Shown in pieces: positions 61,179-64,000 of a stretch of DNA of 64,000 nucleotides. Location: positions 248,001 through 312,000 of the forward strand of contig MU058456.1 of assembly GCA_013265495.1 (NCBI GenBank), read 5' to 3'. The notes beneath the pieces were generated by a model. That model was not told where the DNA came from. It made no database searches and saw nothing but the letters and a program-made list of their open reading frames with translations. The position numbers and the translations under genes are program-made. The stretch comes from Vicugna vicugna. Taxonomy: Eukaryota. The stretch's first letter is position 1. Every line of letters starts with the position of its first letter.

Positions 61179-61859
61179 TGTATAGTCAGAATAACAGCCT
61201 CCCAGAAATGTCTGTGTCCTGATCCCTAGGATCTGTAGCCCTCCCTCTGATTAAGATTTTTGAGGTGTGCAGTTGTCCTGGATTATCCAGGTGGGCCCCA
61301 AAATGTAACCGCTGGGGTCTTTATTTATTTATTTTTTCAATTCTTATTTTTTATTGAAGTGTGGTCAGTTTACAATGTTAATTTCAAGTGTACAGCAAAG
61401 CGATTCAGTTATACATATTCATACATATATACATATTTTCAGATTCTTTTCCATTACAGCTCCTTACAAGAATTGAATATAGTTCCCTGTGCTATACAGT
61501 AGATCTTTGTTGTTCATCTGTTTTATATATATATATGTTTATCTATTAATCCCAAAGGACACAGGTGTCTTTAAAAGTGGAAAAGAGAGGCAGAAGCGAG
61601 AGTGAGAGGGAGATGTAACCACAGAAGAAAGGATTGGAGAGAAGCAACGTCGCTGCCTTTGAAGATGGATGAAGGGGGCCTTTAGAAGCTGGAAAAGGGA
61701 AGAAAACAGTTTTTCCCTGGAGTCTCTAGAAAGAAATAGAGCTCTGCTGACACCTTGAGTGTAGTCCAGTGAGACCCTGTAGGACTTCTGACCTGCAGAA
61801 CTGGGAGATAAATGTGATGTTTTTATGGTCATTTGTTCCAGCAGGAGGAAACTAACACA
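61179..61859 (+). mobile_element. MLT1C/D-like solo LTR interrupted by an L1 3' end
   Basis: tgtatagtcagaataacagcctccc...tcctggattatccaggtgggccc [L1] tctttaaaagtgg...ggaaactaacaca; flanks ccacg/tcatg. Confidence 0.85.
61323..61555 (-). mobile_element. 5'-truncated LINE-1 3' end inside MLT1
   Basis: ttttattgaagtgtggtcagtttacaatg...ttgaatatagttccctgtgctatacagtag...attaatcccaaa. Degenerate TSD ctggggtcttt / caggtgtcttt ending at TCTTT/AAAA. Confidence 0.9.
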
Positions 61860-62029
61860 TCATGTAAATTTACTCCACTCTCTTTAAATCTGAATTTGGA
61901 GAAGTGGCCCCCAAGCAGCAGCAGGTTGAAGAGCTCTGCGGGTGATTCTCCTGCAGCAGGATTGCGTGCCACAGCTGTGCTGTCCCCGCGGCCTCACGCC
62001 TCCTCGCTCCTGGGCCTACTGCAGTCTGG

Positions 62030-63130
62030 CTGCTGTTCCCACCAATCTCTATACACCAGCCTCTTGTTGACGAATCCAGTGGACGATTCTCCCTCCATAT
62101 GTTGCTCAATATTTGACATCACTGGCCATTTCCAAGCTGGAACCAGTCCCTCCCTTGTCCTCTCGGACACCACTCATCTGTTTTCCCTCTTACCTCTCTG
62201 GCCAGCCATGTGCCTCTCCTGGCTACTGGTTTTCTTCAGCCCAGTCCTTAATGCTGATGCTGTGAGGGTTCCACCCTAGGGTCTAGTCTCTCCTCACCCT
62301 GTATACTAGTCCTGGGGTGTTTCATCTATCGCTCTGGCTTCTAGAGAGTGATGAGTACCTAACCTAGATCTTTTGCCTAATTGTCTTTCCCAACTTTCAA
62401 AACCATATATTCACCAGTCTACTTCAAACTCAGTATGTCCAACACCAAGCCCATTTCCCCACCTTAATTCCCTTCCTCCGTATGTGGCATTATTATCCCT
62501 GCAGCAACTAAAGCCAGAAACCTGGGGATCATCCTGTCTCCTCCCCCTCCACCACCTCCCCCTCTCCTAAGTCTAATTAATCATGTCTCTCCATCCACTC
62601 AGTAGCATCCTGGTTCAGGCTACTTTGATTTCTCCATGAATTATTGCAATGGCCAAAGCCACCTCTCAAAAATAAAGTCGTCACTCTATGTAAATCACTG
62701 TAACATCTCCCTCATCCTCAGGATTAAACTGCAAGCTTTTCACTTGTCTTCAAGACGCACTGCCACTTTGTTACTGTTTTCCTGTGTAACATCGCCCCTT
62801 CCCTACCATATCCTGACCCCGACCCCCGACGCTCTGCCCCAGCCATCATGAGCTACTTCAGTCATTTCAATTCACCCTGCCTCCTCTTGTCCCAGATTTT
62901 GCATACGCTGGTCTCTCTTCCTAAAATACTCTTCTCACTCTGAGACTAGCTACGTCTTGCCCATGCATCAGTCTCGGCTTAGCTGTTGCCAAGGACCTTG
63001 GTCATTGTTTGGCTATGTTCACACTTCCTTTAGCATCTTGATTGACTTCTGGAGAATTAACCCTGTTTTCTTTTGGGTGTCCTTGGCTAGATGGTAAACT
63101 GAGATGTCTACCTCTTATCATAGAACCTAA
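62030..63130 (+). mobile_element. LINE-2 fragment (~1.1 kb)
   Basis: atttgacatcactggcca...ggacaccactcatctgttttcc...tcaaactcagtatgtccaa...aagccagaaacctggggatcatcc...aattattgcaat...ttttgcatacgctggtctctcttcctaaaatactctt. Confidence 0.75.
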
Positions 63131-63589
63131 ATTGAGTTAGCTCCTTTCTCTCATGCCCCTGATAGAGTAGATGAGCTGTGACCTATGCTGATCAGTCAGA
63201 TGCTTTTATCCGGGGCTTTGATCTTGTATAAATAGTGCTGGGATGAAAGACATTGGAATTCCTCCACACCAGGGCAGGGCTCTGACTGGACTGTTCTGGC
63301 CCAGACACCCTGCCTGTGTTCCTATTTCCCAACAATTCAAAACTGCCCTGATTTCTGTCTCTTCTAAGCCTAATTCTCCAGCTCTTCTATTGATTCTCTT
63401 TGTATCCAATATCCTTTTACTAAATTTCCTTATTTTTAAGTTAGAAAGAGTTGGTTTCAGTTCTTTTTTCATCTGTAAAGCATTCTTGTCTCCTTAGCCT
63501 TCCTGTGGGATCATTCTTATCAGAGTAGTTACTTCTGTACAATGTGTTAAAATATCACTTCTCTGTTTCTCCTACTAGACCATAAACTT

Positions 63590-64000
63590 CTTTTTTTAAT
63601 ATTTTTTATTGAAGTGTAGTTGATTTACAGTGTTGTGTTAGTTTCAGATGTACAACAAAGTGATTCAGTTATACATATATATATACATATTCTTTTTCAG
63701 ATCCTTTTACATTATAGGTTATTATAAGATATTGAATATAGTTCCCTGTGCTATACAGTAGATCCTTGATTATCTGTTTTATACATAGTGATGTGTATCT
63801 ATTAATCCCAAATTCCTGATTTATCCTTTTCTTCCTTTTCCCTTTGGTAACCATAAGTTTATTTTCAATGTATGTGAGTCTGTTTCTGTTTTGTAAATAA
63901 GTTTACCTATGTATTTTTTTAGATTCCATATATATGTGGTATCATATGATGTTTGTCTTTCTCTGTCTGACTTACTTCACTTAGTATGGTAATCTCTAGG
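63590..64000 (-). mobile_element. LINE-1 3' end (runs off window)
   Basis: ttttttattgaagtgtagttgatttacagtgttgtgttag...tttggtaaccataagttt...tagattcca...cttacttcacttagtatg. Confidence 0.92.

Noticed and set aside
1..64000. The many 60-160 aa ORFs in the six-frame track as host genes
   Set aside because: They are short, overlap on both strands, mostly fall in repeats and show no recognisable domain. Only the L1 ORF2-derived frames are recognisable.
1..64000. CRISPR array, operon or other prokaryotic/viral system
   Set aside because: No regularly spaced repeats or gene-dense structure; the sequence is mammalian repeat-rich DNA.

Overview
Mammalian genomic DNA, most likely from a camelid. Two tRNA-Ala-derived SINEs resemble the camelid vic-1 family, the L1 3' ends are of laurasiatherian type, and I saw no Alu, B1/B2, Bov-tA/BovB, PRE or Can-SINE copies. 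No host protein-coding exon could be identified. The only ORFs with recognisable protein similarity are frameshifted LINE-1 ORF2 pieces (RT core with YADD, and the C-terminal CCHC region). The window is intronic or intergenic: a mosaic of L1, L2, MIR, MaLR/ERVL/ERV1 LTRs and hAT/Tigger relics, with several repeat-poor, motif-rich blocks that look like enhancers. Repeat family names were assigned from memory of consensus sequences, and the boundaries of old repeats are approximate. The most notable direct observations are: (1) a young 2.6-kb L1 flanked by a 78-bp target-site duplication ending at a TTCTT/AA endonuclease site; (2) a ~375-bp segment present twice, 14 kb apart, with one copy starting exactly where an L1 fragment ends; (3) all 10 younger L1 3' ends lie on the minus strand, hinting at a plus-strand host transcript; (4) several small retrotransposition footprints. 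I found no evidence of a novel coding system.
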